This document shows positions 1 to 8,579 of a stretch of 64,000 nucleotides of DNA, piece after piece. This stretch comes from Candidatus Eiseniibacteriota bacterium. Its GTDB lineage: Bacteria; Eisenbacteria; RBG-16-71-46. Location: positions 352,001 to 416,000 of the forward strand of contig OY970178.1 of the NCBI GenBank assembly GCA_963707915.1, read 5' to 3'. Every line of letters starts with the position of its first letter. Positions within the stretch are counted from its first letter, which is position 1. Under the pieces are notes generated by a model. It was not told the origin of the DNA, made no database searches, and saw nothing but the letters and a program-made list of their open reading frames with translations. The translations under genes and the position numbers were made by a program.

Positions 1-1
1 C

Positions 2-244
2 GTAGGCGAGGGGGGCGTCGGTGTACGAGACGAGGACCACCGGGATCCGGAAGGCCTGCTGGACCGCGCTCGTGCCCAGGACGGTCCGGGGGGCGGGGAG
101 GTCGAAGAGCCCGTCGCGGAACGCGGCGGATACCTCAGCCGGCGGCCGGCCCGAGATCGTGGGCATGGTCGCCCTCGCCGGAGCGGCCAGCAGGGCCAAC
201 TCGGCCAGGAGACACCAGGTCACGGGGCTCGGGTATCGGGACAC
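2..244 (-). CDS. 5' part of a secreted protein running off the window edge, possibly an M6 (immune inhibitor A-like) metalloprotease
   Basis: Manual translation from GTG at 244: MSRYPSPVTWCLLAELALLAAPARATMP...QAFRIPVVLVSYTDAPLAY. It has a signal-peptide-like start, and IPVVLVSYTD resembles the N-terminal strand of M6 proteases. Not in the ORF track because it is truncated. Confidence 0.45.
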   Translation of the reverse strand, partial: MSRYPSPVTWCLLAELALLAAPARATMPTISGRPPAEVSAAFRDGLFDLPAPRTVLGTSAVQQAFRIPVVLVSYTDAPLAY

Positions 245-660
245 TGGTACCTGCTTGAACGGGTTTTCTCGGACGCATCGAACGGCCCCGGTCGCGACTC
301 CTCCATCATTGTGGCAGCGGACCGCGCAGGTCAAGAGGTCTCCTCCCAACGGCTCTCCGGGGAGAACCGGCGCGGCGAGGGCGTGCCTGGCGGGGCCCCC
401 GCCCTCACCGGCGCCGCGTGCCCGGGAAGGGCCGGCGGAAGTGGTGGGCCCGGGGGGGCTATGCTAGCTTGCCGTTCCGGTCGAGCTCGCCCCGGTCGAG
501 CCGGGTGCGCCCGATGTCCGTGAGATGGGCTATCCCCGGGCCGCCGGGAGCCGTGGGCCCGGGCCAGGGGACCCCGATTCGGCCCGGGAAAGCCCCTGTG
601 GAGCGTGGAGATCAACCCGATGATCAGGACGCTGGAGCGAGTCGTGGGCGCCGGTCCCGC

Positions 661-1476
661 ATGAGCCGGCTCACGCACGCGGTCGTCTCGCTGGCGGCGC
701 TGGACCTGCGCCGCAGCCCCGCGCACGGGGCGGAACTCACCAGCCAACTCCTGCTGGGCGAGGTCGTCCGGGTGATCGGAGGGCGTCCCGGCGGGAGCTG
801 GTGGCGGGTCGAGGGCCTGGCGGATGGCTACCGTGGCTGGGTCCGGGACTGGGGGCTCGTCCGCGTGCCGATCGCCCGGGCCCGGTCCTGGCAGGAGAAG
901 TCGGTCGCGCGGGTGGCCGTTCCCATCGCCGAAGCCCGGACCGGGACCGGCAGGGGGGCTCTCGTGAGCCCGCTGTTCCTGAACAGCCGGGTGATCCCCG
1001 GACGCCGCCGGGGGGGCCATCGCCGTGTCGAGCTGCCGGATGGGCGCAGGGGCTGGGTGCCGGTCGCATCATTGGCCTGCCGAGGGGAGCGGCCCGCGCT
1101 TCTCGACCGGGTCCTCAGCCTGCTCGGGGTCCCGTATCACTGGGGTGGGCGGACCGCCCTCGGGCTCGACTGCTCCGGCTTCGTCCAGCAGGTGCTCGCC
1201 GAACAGGGACTTGGACTTCCGCGGGATGCCGCGCACCAGTTCAAGGCCTCGCGGCGGCTTGCCATCGACGAGCGGCCGGGGCCTGGCGACCTCATCTTCT
1301 TCGCATTGCCGGGGCACCCCCCCGGCCACGTCGGGATCGGGCTCGGTGGCGGGTACTTCGCGCACTGCCGCGGGATGGTGAGAATCAGCTCGTCAGAATC
1401 TGGTAACAAATTGTACGACAACGAGCTAATGCCTCAAAGCGTGGGATGGATGAGGCTTCCAGCGGCCACCGGATGA
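661..1476 (+). CDS. NlpC/P60 (C40) cell-wall peptidase with N-terminal SH3-like domains
   Basis: SQLLLGE..V SH3b-type start; GVPYHWGG, DCSGF (catalytic Cys), GHVGI (His). Start placed at ATG 661 within ORF 418..1476. Confidence 0.88.
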   Translation: MSRLTHAVVSLAALDLRRSPAHGAELTSQLLLGEVVRVIGGRPGGSWWRVEGLADGYRGWVRDWGLVRVPIARARSWQEKSVARVAVPIAEARTGTGRGALVSPLFLNSRVIPGRRRGGHRRVELPDGRRGWVPVASLACRGERPALLDRVLSLLGVPYHWGGRTALGLDCSGFVQQVLAEQGLGLPRDAAHQFKASRRLAIDERPGPGDLIFFALPGHPPGHVGIGLGGGYFAHCRGMVRISSSESGNKLYDNELMPQSVGWMRLPAATG

Positions 1477-1508
1477 GTCCGCCGTGACCCCCGGTGGTGC
1501 GATTCGAC

Positions 1509-1538
1509 TTGACAGGCTTTCGTCAGTTTCCCTAGTTT
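1509..1538 (+). promoter_or_regulatory. Putative sigma70 promoter for the downstream OMP gene
   Basis: TTGACA (1509-1514), 18-bp spacer, TAGTTT (1533-1538). Confidence 0.5.
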
Positions 1539-1778
1539 CCCTGCGGGCGTGTGCCAGGGACCTGGGGTGGGAACCCAAGGTCTTGGCTACTTCTTGGTGA
1601 GCTCCACCCGCACGGAGGCGGTGGAGCCTTTGCCTTGTCAATGACGGATTTCAAAAAAGAACCTATGAAAGGAGGTGGGGCTCCGAACCAGACCGCGTGG
1701 CAGTGCCCCGGCCATCCAGACCGGCGGTGATTCTGTTTCGTGGATTTCGTAGCTCTCTCGAGCAAGGAGGCTGTTCTA

Positions 1779-3293
1779 ATGAGTTCTCGCACCGTGAAGT
1801 GGCTGCTCCTGGCGTCGGTCCTGCTCATCGCGTTCCCGGTCGTGGCAGCCGCCTCGACCGCCCGCGTGCAGGGCATGGCCATCCAGAGCGACTACATCAA
1901 GGACTACACGAACGTCTATACGTACCTTTCGGAAGTCAGCTGTGTCGGAAACGTCGTCTTCGGCGAGTTCGGCAACGTGGAAGGCGACACCTACACGCGC
2001 GACCGTGGCGTGGGCGTCATCCTCAACAACCTCTGGGACGGCAAGTACGGCGCCATCGCCCTGCGTCTCAGCGAAGAGACCGCTCAGATCGGCCAGGGCG
2101 ACGCCAACACGGCCCCCGGCGCCGGTTACGACAGCTGGGATCCCAATCACAACACCGAGCACGCGTTCGACATCGTCTGGGGCAAGAAGTTCGGCTCGAT
2201 GAGCCTCGGCCTGCAGATGAACCGCTCCTACGGCCGGATCGAGGGTGACCCGTCGATCTACTACGGCTACTACGGCGGCTGGAACGACATCAAGGGCGAC
2301 TGGTGGGAGAGCTACAGCCCGTCCGAGCTCAACTGGCACCGCAACGTCCTCGGTTTCGGCGCGGGCCTCGGCTACGAGTTCAGCCCGAAGCTGACCGTCG
2401 AGGGCTCGATCCTGTACCAGAGCCGGACCTTCATGGCCAAGGACACGCTGTACGACCACGGGGAGTTCTCCGGCAACTACGGTTACTACGCCGAAGAGAG
2501 CCTCACCCCCGGCCAGAAGTACGAGAACGACGGCTCGGCGGCCTACCTGGTCGCTGCCCGCGCCCTGTGGCAGGCCCAGCCGAACCTGCTGCTCGTGCCG
2601 GTGTTCAAGTTCTACAGCTTCAACGTGGGCTACAAGGGCGAGTTCTACCTGCCGGACAGCCTGACCAGCACCCGCGCGGTGAAGCTCGACTTCACGCCGA
2701 TGGACGACAAGATCAGTGGCTGGCAGCTCGGCATCGCGGGCAACTGGACGCTGAACCAGAACGACCTGCTGGTCCTCGGCGCGACGATCGCGAGCAACAA
2801 GGAAGAGGTGAAGTACCGCGACGTCGAAGTCACCTATGACTACTACGGCGGTGGCGGCGAGGGCGACCCGAACGTCACCTACTCGGCTCCGTACGTCGCC
2901 GACGAGTACAAGTACACCGAGACCATGATGCCGACGATCTTCGCGTCGCTCGAGACGCACCTGAACTCGTGGCTGACGCTGCGGTTCGGCGCCCAGCAGG
3001 GCGTGTTCTACTCGTACAAGAACGAGACCAAGCATTTCGAGCTGAACGCCGACGGCGACGTGGTTCCGGATCCCGACTACCCGACGCAGACCACGACCGA
3101 GAAGTACTCGCCCTTCACGATGATGCTGGGCGCGGGCTTCAAGTTCGGCAACCTGCAGCTCGACGCGACCGTGAACCCGGACTTCTTCCACAACGGGCCG
3201 TACTTCATCAGTGGCCAGACGACCGGCTACGATGCGTACGATTTCGACGGCAACGCGCTGTTCCCGAAGGTCACCGCGACCTACACGTTCTGA
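1779..3293 (+). CDS. Outer-membrane beta-barrel protein, porin/FadL-like, probably abundant
   Basis: RBS AAGGAGG at 1764-1770; signal peptide ending AAA; alternating amphipathic strands; C-terminal VTATYTF beta-signal; strongly biased codon usage. Confidence 0.8.
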   Translation: MSSRTVKWLLLASVLLIAFPVVAAASTARVQGMAIQSDYIKDYTNVYTYLSEVSCVGNVVFGEFGNVEGDTYTRDRGVGVILNNLWDGKYGAIALRLSEETAQIGQGDANTAPGAGYDSWDPNHNTEHAFDIVWGKKFGSMSLGLQMNRSYGRIEGDPSIYYGYYGGWNDIKGDWWESYSPSELNWHRNVLGFGAGLGYEFSPKLTVEGSILYQSRTFMAKDTLYDHGEFSGNYGYYAEESLTPGQKYENDGSAAYLVAARALWQAQPNLLLVPVFKFYSFNVGYKGEFYLPDSLTSTRAVKLDFTPMDDKISGWQLGIAGNWTLNQNDLLVLGATIASNKEEVKYRDVEVTYDYYGGGGEGDPNVTYSAPYVADEYKYTETMMPTIFASLETHLNSWLTLRFGAQQGVFYSYKNETKHFELNADGDVVPDPDYPTQTTTEKYSPFTMMLGAGFKFGNLQLDATVNPDFFHNGPYFISGQTTGYDAYDFDGNALFPKVTATYTF

Positions 3294-3314
3294 TCGCGGT
3301 AGTCGCAAACGGAC

Positions 3315-3346
3315 ACGAGGGGGACGCCTCCGGGCGCCCCCCTCGT
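3315..3346. terminator. Hairpin between convergent genes (probable terminator)
   Basis: ACGAGGGGG-A-CGCC / TCCG / GGCG-C-CCCCCTCGT inverted repeat just after the OMP stop; weak U-tail. Confidence 0.55.
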
Positions 3347-3447
3347 TCCATTCCGGGCACCGGAGCCGAAGCGGCCCGCGGGGGATGGTCCCGCGGGCCG
3401 CTCATGGCCTGCTCCCGGTCGCCGCGTGGCGCGGCCCGTCCTCCCGG

Positions 3448-4242
3448 CTAGTAGGCGTAGAGCGCGTTGAGCGCTCCCCAGGTCATCTCGTAGGGCCAGG
3501 TGGCCGCCGCGGGGGCAGCCGGCCGGCCGGCGGGGCCGGCGAGCGCGGAGGCCGTCACCCTTCGGAAGGCCCCGGTGGCCAGCGAAGCGCCCGGGCCGGC
3601 CGGTGCCACGGCGCCGGCGGACCCCTGCAAGGTCTCGTCGCGCCACTCGTCGATGTACCAGCGCGTCGAATCGGGACCGAACCCCAGCTCGCGCGGGATC
3701 AGCGCGGAGTCCCCGCGCACCACGAAGAAGCGGGCATTGCCCTGGATGCGGTACTCCCCGCCGTCCTCGGTCTTGATCGTGAGGTTCACGCTGGTGACGA
3801 TCTCGTTGTGCCATTTCGCGTTCTTGCCGGGCCGGCTGTCGGGCAGCGCGCGGATGGTGGGATCCAGGATCAACGCGATGCTGCTGGCCGGCGGCGCGGT
3901 GCCGCCGCCCACGAACAGGTTCGTGGCGATGTTCAACTCCATCTCGCGGGTCACCGGCGCCTCGCGGAACATGTTCCCCGCCGAGTCGCCCAGCGCGAAG
4001 ATGAATCGGAAGTCGTCGGTGAAGATCGTCCGGTAGACGGTGATGTCCCGGTTGTTCCAGCACCACTCGAACAGCCGGATCACGTTCTGCGGCGAGTTCG
4101 GCGTGGGCGGCGGGATGTAGATGCCGGTGGTGGGCGCGAGGCGCGGGGCGAACGGGTTGAAGCAGCCGGCCGCTCCCAGCAGCAACAGGGCGACCGCGCA
4201 CGCGCCCGCGGACCGACGGATCGTCCTCTTCATGACGCTCAT
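3448..4242 (-). CDS. Lipoprotein, probable NTF2/SnoaL-like fold, with C-terminal TWGALNALY tail
   Basis: ATG 4242 with upstream GGGAGG; lipobox LGAAG-C; NSPQNVIRLFEWCWNNRDITVYRTIFTDDFRF is an NTF2-like helix pattern; Ala/Pro linker then MTWGALNALYAY. Confidence 0.7.
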   Translation of the reverse strand: MSVMKRTIRRSAGACAVALLLLGAAGCFNPFAPRLAPTTGIYIPPPTPNSPQNVIRLFEWCWNNRDITVYRTIFTDDFRFIFALGDSAGNMFREAPVTREMELNIATNLFVGGGTAPPASSIALILDPTIRALPDSRPGKNAKWHNEIVTSVNLTIKTEDGGEYRIQGNARFFVVRGDSALIPRELGFGPDSTRWYIDEWRDETLQGSAGAVAPAGPGASLATGAFRRVTASALAGPAGRPAAPAAATWPYEMTWGALNALYAY

Positions 4243-4916
4243 CCTCCCGCTCCGGCATTGAGCCTGAGATAGCCGAAGGTCTTCGGGTTCTTGTCCGTGA
4301 GCTGCTTGGTGATGGCGGGGTCCTCTTCCCAGAGGACCAGGGCCCAACGGGAGGCCGAGATCCGGGCGAAGGTCAGCCGGGCGTAGCCGTCCGCGATGAG
4401 CAGGGCCTCGCCGGTGGCCTGCCGCACCGCCCAGACCCGGTAGCGCCGCTGCATGATCGCCTGGGTATCGCTGAGGATGTCGTTGGAGATCGGGATCTTC
4501 TCGTTCTCCAGCCACTCCATCAGGTAGGGGTCCGAGTAGGAGCGGACGAACACGGACACGAACTGGGTCTCGTGGCGCAGGTCCCAGTCCCCCGGCGCGG
4601 TGCCGCCGCCCTGCACGTAGGCGTTCAACACCACGGGGTCGAAGAAGGCGTGGAAGGCCTGCCCGTCGGCCGTGGTGTCGGCCAGGGCGCCGAGGTAGGC
4701 CGCCTGCCCGACGTTGTCCTTGCGCTCGATGCCGACCCGCATGTAGTAGAGGCAGCTCTCGGGCGCGGCGTAGTTGGGCAGCAGGGTCGACACCACGCCC
4801 CCGACCTGCGGGCTGGCGGGCCGGAAGATGTCGCAGCCCGCGGCCAGCACGGCCAGCAGGCCGAACGCGAGAACCGCCCGCAACGGGCGGGAGCCCCGGC
4901 GGATCACAGTTCCCAT
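4239..4916 (-). CDS. Lipoprotein of unknown function (possible distant paralogue of 3448..4242)
   Basis: Lipobox LAAG-C; overlaps both neighbouring genes; similar layout (F.AFFD, W....E, W.L..W.E). Confidence 0.7.
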   Translation of the reverse strand: MGTVIRRGSRPLRAVLAFGLLAVLAAGCDIFRPASPQVGGVVSTLLPNYAAPESCLYYMRVGIERKDNVGQAAYLGALADTTADGQAFHAFFDPVVLNAYVQGGGTAPGDWDLRHETQFVSVFVRSYSDPYLMEWLENEKIPISNDILSDTQAIMQRRYRVWAVRQATGEALLIADGYARLTFARISASRWALVLWEEDPAITKQLTDKNPKTFGYLRLNAGAGG

Positions 4917-7021
4917 GAGAGCTGCAGGCTGCCGTTCCAGAAGTCACTCTCCGTGCGTGGCTGCACCTGGGGAACGCCACGAGTGTAGTTGATGAGGCGG
5001 TCGGTGCGGTAGGTCCGCAGGATGTCGCCGGTGAGGCGGCCCTTGGGCCCGAGGGGCAGGTTCAGGCTGGCGCCCGCCGAGAAGTTGAGGGACCGGTTGA
5101 TCCGGGTCGGTGCCAGGGTGCCGGACTGGGAGGCGTTGCGTTCGCCCGCCAGGTAGTCCGGCTGCATGAAGAACGACAGGGTGGGGCCGGGCGTGTACGC
5201 CAGCCGCGCGGAGAGCGTCGAGTTGTCGTTCACCTCGGAGCGGCTCAGGTAGTAGAGCCCGTCCGGGAACTCGGTGTAGGCGCCGCTGGGCGTGTGCTTG
5301 ACGTTGTGGCGCACGTCCACCGTGAAGCGCGGCGACAGCACGGCGTTGAGGGACGTGGCCGAGCTGTAGTCCAGCGAGAGCCGGTCGCTGGCGGGCAGGA
5401 AGTTGAAGTGGATGTAGTCGGCGCTGACCGTGTTGTTCTGGGTGGCCGTCAGCCCCTTCAGCAGGCGGTAGCTCCAGCGCCACTCGGCCTTGTAGTTGTT
5501 GGTCACCGAGTTGGCGTTCGTGCTGCCGGCCGGCAGGTTCACCAGCATGCTGCGGGTGACGTTCAGGACGAGCCCGCTGTTGAAGCGCGTCGAGCCGTTG
5601 TACTGGGTCTCGATCCGGTAGTTCTGCCGGTACTGGTCGTTGTCCGGCTTCGGGTTCGAGTAGTTGCCGATGACGAAGATGCGCGAGGCGTTCAGGCTCA
5701 CCCCGCCGCTGGCCCGCAGCAGGATCTTCCGGGTGAGGTTGCGGCTCACGGTGCCGTCGATCGTCGCCACCCGGAGGGATTCGCCGTAGCCGCCGGTATT
5801 GTCGATGTGCGGGTTCTCCGAGCGGGTGCGGGTCAGCGAGAAGCGCCCCTCGAGGTTCCAGCCGGCCATCAGGTAGCGGCCGTCGACGCCGAAGCCGAGG
5901 TCCCGGCGACTGGACGTGACGTCGATGGTCTGGGCGCCGTAGCGCCCGGTCAGGTTCACGTAGCGGTCGTTGTCCTGGCGCAGGCGCAGCGTGGCGTCGG
6001 AGCCGCTGTCGAACGTGCGGCGCGTGGTCGTTCCCGTGGTCGCGGGGATCTCGACCCGCGTGCGGCGGACCGAGTAGTTCAGATTGAGTCCCACCGGCCG
6101 GCCGGGCAGGAGCCCGAGCGTCCCGCGCAGGTTGTTGCTGAGGTCGCTCGAGCGCGTGCTGACCGGGTTGGCGGGGGTGCGCAGGCGGGACAGGTTGCCG
6201 TTCACCTGGCCGGAGAAGTCGTGGGTGACCCAGGGGGTCTGCAGGCGCAGCGTCCCGTTCAGGTCGGCCGAGAGGCCGCGCTTGACCTGCTGGAGGTTGT
6301 TGAGGTCCAGCAGGCCCGAGAAGAAGTTCACTTCCGAGCGCAGCGCCTTCACCGGCTGTTGGCGGGTGCGGAGCGAGAGCTGGAAGTCGTTCTTGCGCTC
6401 CCCCTGGTTGTTGAGGGAGCCGGGATCGCGGCTGTTGAAACGGTCCAGGTTGGCCCGCGCCCCGAGCGAGAAGTCGGGCGAGAACCGCCAGCCGCCCTCG
6501 GTCCCCGACGAACGGGACTGCCGCACGCTGGTCTGCCCGCCGGCGGTGTAGCGGTCGATCTGGATGGTGGTGGTGTTCTGCAGGAACAGTGAGCCCATCA
6601 CCAGCTTGTAGTCCCCGGTGTTGCTCCACGTGGTCGAGGTCTGCTGGACGGTGTAGCCGCTGCTGTAGCGGAACGTGGTGAGCTGCTTGACCGTGCTCGC
6701 CAGCGGGTTGAAACGCTCCCGCTCGAGGTACACCCCCACGCTGTCGACCGGCATCCGCAGGCTGTCCGCGAGGTGGACCATGCGCTGCAGCGACCAGCGG
6801 TAGCGGATCGAGAGCGCGCGAAGCGTGTCGGGCGTGAGGCTCAGGCTGTCGGCGACCGGGAAGAGGCGGTCGAAATGCAGGCCGAGGGTGTCCCGCAGCA
6901 GGGTCGTGTCCGCGAACGCGTAACGCGTGGACTCCGCCTGCTGGGCATGCCCGGGGATGACGGCGAGAACCACCTCCAGCGCGACCGGCAGAAGGAGGAG
7001 AGCGAGGCGTCGGGCCCTCAT
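4904..7021 (-). CDS. Very large outer-membrane beta-barrel protein of unknown function
   Basis: Signal peptide; about 600 aa of S/T/N/R-rich amphipathic strands; C-terminal LQLSWEL. Confidence 0.7.
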   Translation of the reverse strand: MRARRLALLLLPVALEVVLAVIPGHAQQAESTRYAFADTTLLRDTLGLHFDRLFPVADSLSLTPDTLRALSIRYRWSLQRMVHLADSLRMPVDSVGVYLERERFNPLASTVKQLTTFRYSSGYTVQQTSTTWSNTGDYKLVMGSLFLQNTTTIQIDRYTAGGQTSVRQSRSSGTEGGWRFSPDFSLGARANLDRFNSRDPGSLNNQGERKNDFQLSLRTRQQPVKALRSEVNFFSGLLDLNNLQQVKRGLSADLNGTLRLQTPWVTHDFSGQVNGNLSRLRTPANPVSTRSSDLSNNLRGTLGLLPGRPVGLNLNYSVRRTRVEIPATTGTTTRRTFDSGSDATLRLRQDNDRYVNLTGRYGAQTIDVTSSRRDLGFGVDGRYLMAGWNLEGRFSLTRTRSENPHIDNTGGYGESLRVATIDGTVSRNLTRKILLRASGGVSLNASRIFVIGNYSNPKPDNDQYRQNYRIETQYNGSTRFNSGLVLNVTRSMLVNLPAGSTNANSVTNNYKAEWRWSYRLLKGLTATQNNTVSADYIHFNFLPASDRLSLDYSSATSLNAVLSPRFTVDVRHNVKHTPSGAYTEFPDGLYYLSRSEVNDNSTLSARLAYTPGPTLSFFMQPDYLAGERNASQSGTLAPTRINRSLNFSAGASLNLPLGPKGRLTGDILRTYRTDRLINYTRGVPQVQPRTESDFWNGSLQLSWEL

Positions 7022-7058
7022 CGGGAATGCGCTGGGACGAGTCTCATCACGGCGTTCG

Positions 7059-7088
7059 ACAGTAGCACCCGCTTCGAAAGTGGGTCAA
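7059..7088 (-). promoter_or_regulatory. Putative promoter for the beta-barrel/lipoprotein operon
   Basis: Minus strand TTGACC, 18 bp, TACTGT with an extended TG. Confidence 0.45.
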
Positions 7089-7263
7089 CGCAACGCGCTG
7101 CCTCAGCTTGCTACCCCGTGACCCGCGCGTTCGGTCGGGAATCTTCGCGGGCGAGGCGCAGGGCGCGGAGCCGCTCCCTGCACGCGGCCGGCCGCGCTTC
7201 GGACCGCTGCGGAGCCGCGCGGCGCTGCCCGCGGCGGGGAGCGGCGGCCCCGGGACTCTCCGC

Positions 7264-7292
7264 TTGCGGCATGCCCGAACGGGTGCTAGCGT
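7264..7292 (+). promoter_or_regulatory. Putative promoter for the mre operon
   Basis: TTGCGG, 17 bp, TAGCGT with an extended TG. Confidence 0.4.
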
Positions 7293-7417
7293 GTAGTGGT
7301 GCATCGTCATGGAAGACAAGGCCCGATGCCGTTGCGGGCCCAGCGGTTCGTCCGACGGCACAACGAAGCCCGGATCCGCCCCCCCCGGCTCGACGAGCCG
7401 ACACTGGAGAGACAGGG

Positions 7418-8455
7418 ATGTTCCTCAGCAATCTGATGGGCTTCTTCTCCACCGACGCGGCCATGGACCTGGGGACCGCGAACACCCTGGTCTTCGTCAA
7501 GGGCCGCGGGATCGTGCTCAACGAACCCTCGGTCGTGGCCGTGGAGAAGGCCACCGGCAAGGTCCTGGCCGTGGGCAGCGCGGCCAAGCTGATGCTCGGG
7601 CGCACCCCGGACGAGATCAACGCGGTGCGGCCCCTCAAGGACGGCGTCATCGCCGACTTCGAGATCACCGAGGACCTGCTGCGGGAGTTCATCCAGCGCG
7701 TCCAGAAGCACAAGTTCCTCTACCGCCCCCGCATCATCATCTGCGTGCCATCGGGCATCACCGAGGTGGAGAAGCGCGCGGTCATCGACTCGGCCGAGCG
7801 CGCCGGCGCGCGCCAGGTGCTGCTGGTGCCCGAACCCATCGCGGCCGCCATCGGCGTGGGGCTCCCGGTCGACACGCCCACCGGCAACATGGTGGTGGAC
7901 ATCGGCGGCGGCACGACCGAGATCGCCGTCATCGCGCTGAACGGCATCGTCACCAAGTCCTCGATCCGCGTGGGCGGCGACGAGATGGACGACGCCATCG
8001 TGAACTACGCGAAGAAGGCGTACAACATGCTCATCGGCGAGCAGACCGCGGAGCGCATCAAGATCGAGATCGGCTCGGCGTTCCCGCTCACCGAGGAGAT
8101 GGACATGGAGATCAAGGGCCGCGACCTGGTGCGCGGCATCCCCCGCACCCTGCGGGTCTCCAGCGTCGAGATCCGCGAGGCCCTCGAGGAACCGGTCACC
8201 GCCATCGTCAACGCCCTGCGGGAATCCCTGGAGCGCACGCCCCCCGAACTGGCCGCCGACATCGTGGACCGCGGCATCTACCTCAGCGGGGGAGGCGCAC
8301 TGCTGCGCGGCCTCGACCTGCTCATGCGCGAGGTCACGAACCTCAACGTCCGGGTGGCCCAGGATCCCCTCACCTGCGTGGTGCTCGGGGCGGGGAAGAT
8401 CCTCGAACAGCTCGAGGACTACGAGAAGGTGATCCTGCGCGGACACAAGGACTGA
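7418..8455 (+). CDS. mreB: Rod shape-determining actin MreB
   Basis: MDLGTANT, EPSVVA, PLKDGVIADF, VVDIGGGTTE, GGGALL motifs. Confidence 0.97.
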   Translation: MFLSNLMGFFSTDAAMDLGTANTLVFVKGRGIVLNEPSVVAVEKATGKVLAVGSAAKLMLGRTPDEINAVRPLKDGVIADFEITEDLLREFIQRVQKHKFLYRPRIIICVPSGITEVEKRAVIDSAERAGARQVLLVPEPIAAAIGVGLPVDTPTGNMVVDIGGGTTEIAVIALNGIVTKSSIRVGGDEMDDAIVNYAKKAYNMLIGEQTAERIKIEIGSAFPLTEEMDMEIKGRDLVRGIPRTLRVSSVEIREALEEPVTAIVNALRESLERTPPELAADIVDRGIYLSGGGALLRGLDLLMREVTNLNVRVAQDPLTCVVLGAGKILEQLEDYEKVILRGHKD

Positions 8456-8579
8456 CGGGTCCCCGGAAGATGCGCGGGACCGTGCCGGGCCGGCCGCGGC
8501 GAGTGGGGCGTGGACGCGACCGCCGGGCGGCGTGGGCCGGCCGGTCCGGCGCCGCCGCCGGACCCCTTCCGGTCGCCTG

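Noticed and set aside
1776..3308. 510-aa antisense ORF exactly opposite the OMP gene
   Set aside because: Typical antisense mirror frame caused by strong codon bias; no independent coding signal.
3300..3346. c-di-GMP-I riboswitch (GCAAAC...GGGACGC)
   Set aside because: Lies between convergent 3' ends, lacks the GAAA P2 loop and GCAAAG P3 elements, and is better explained as a terminator hairpin.
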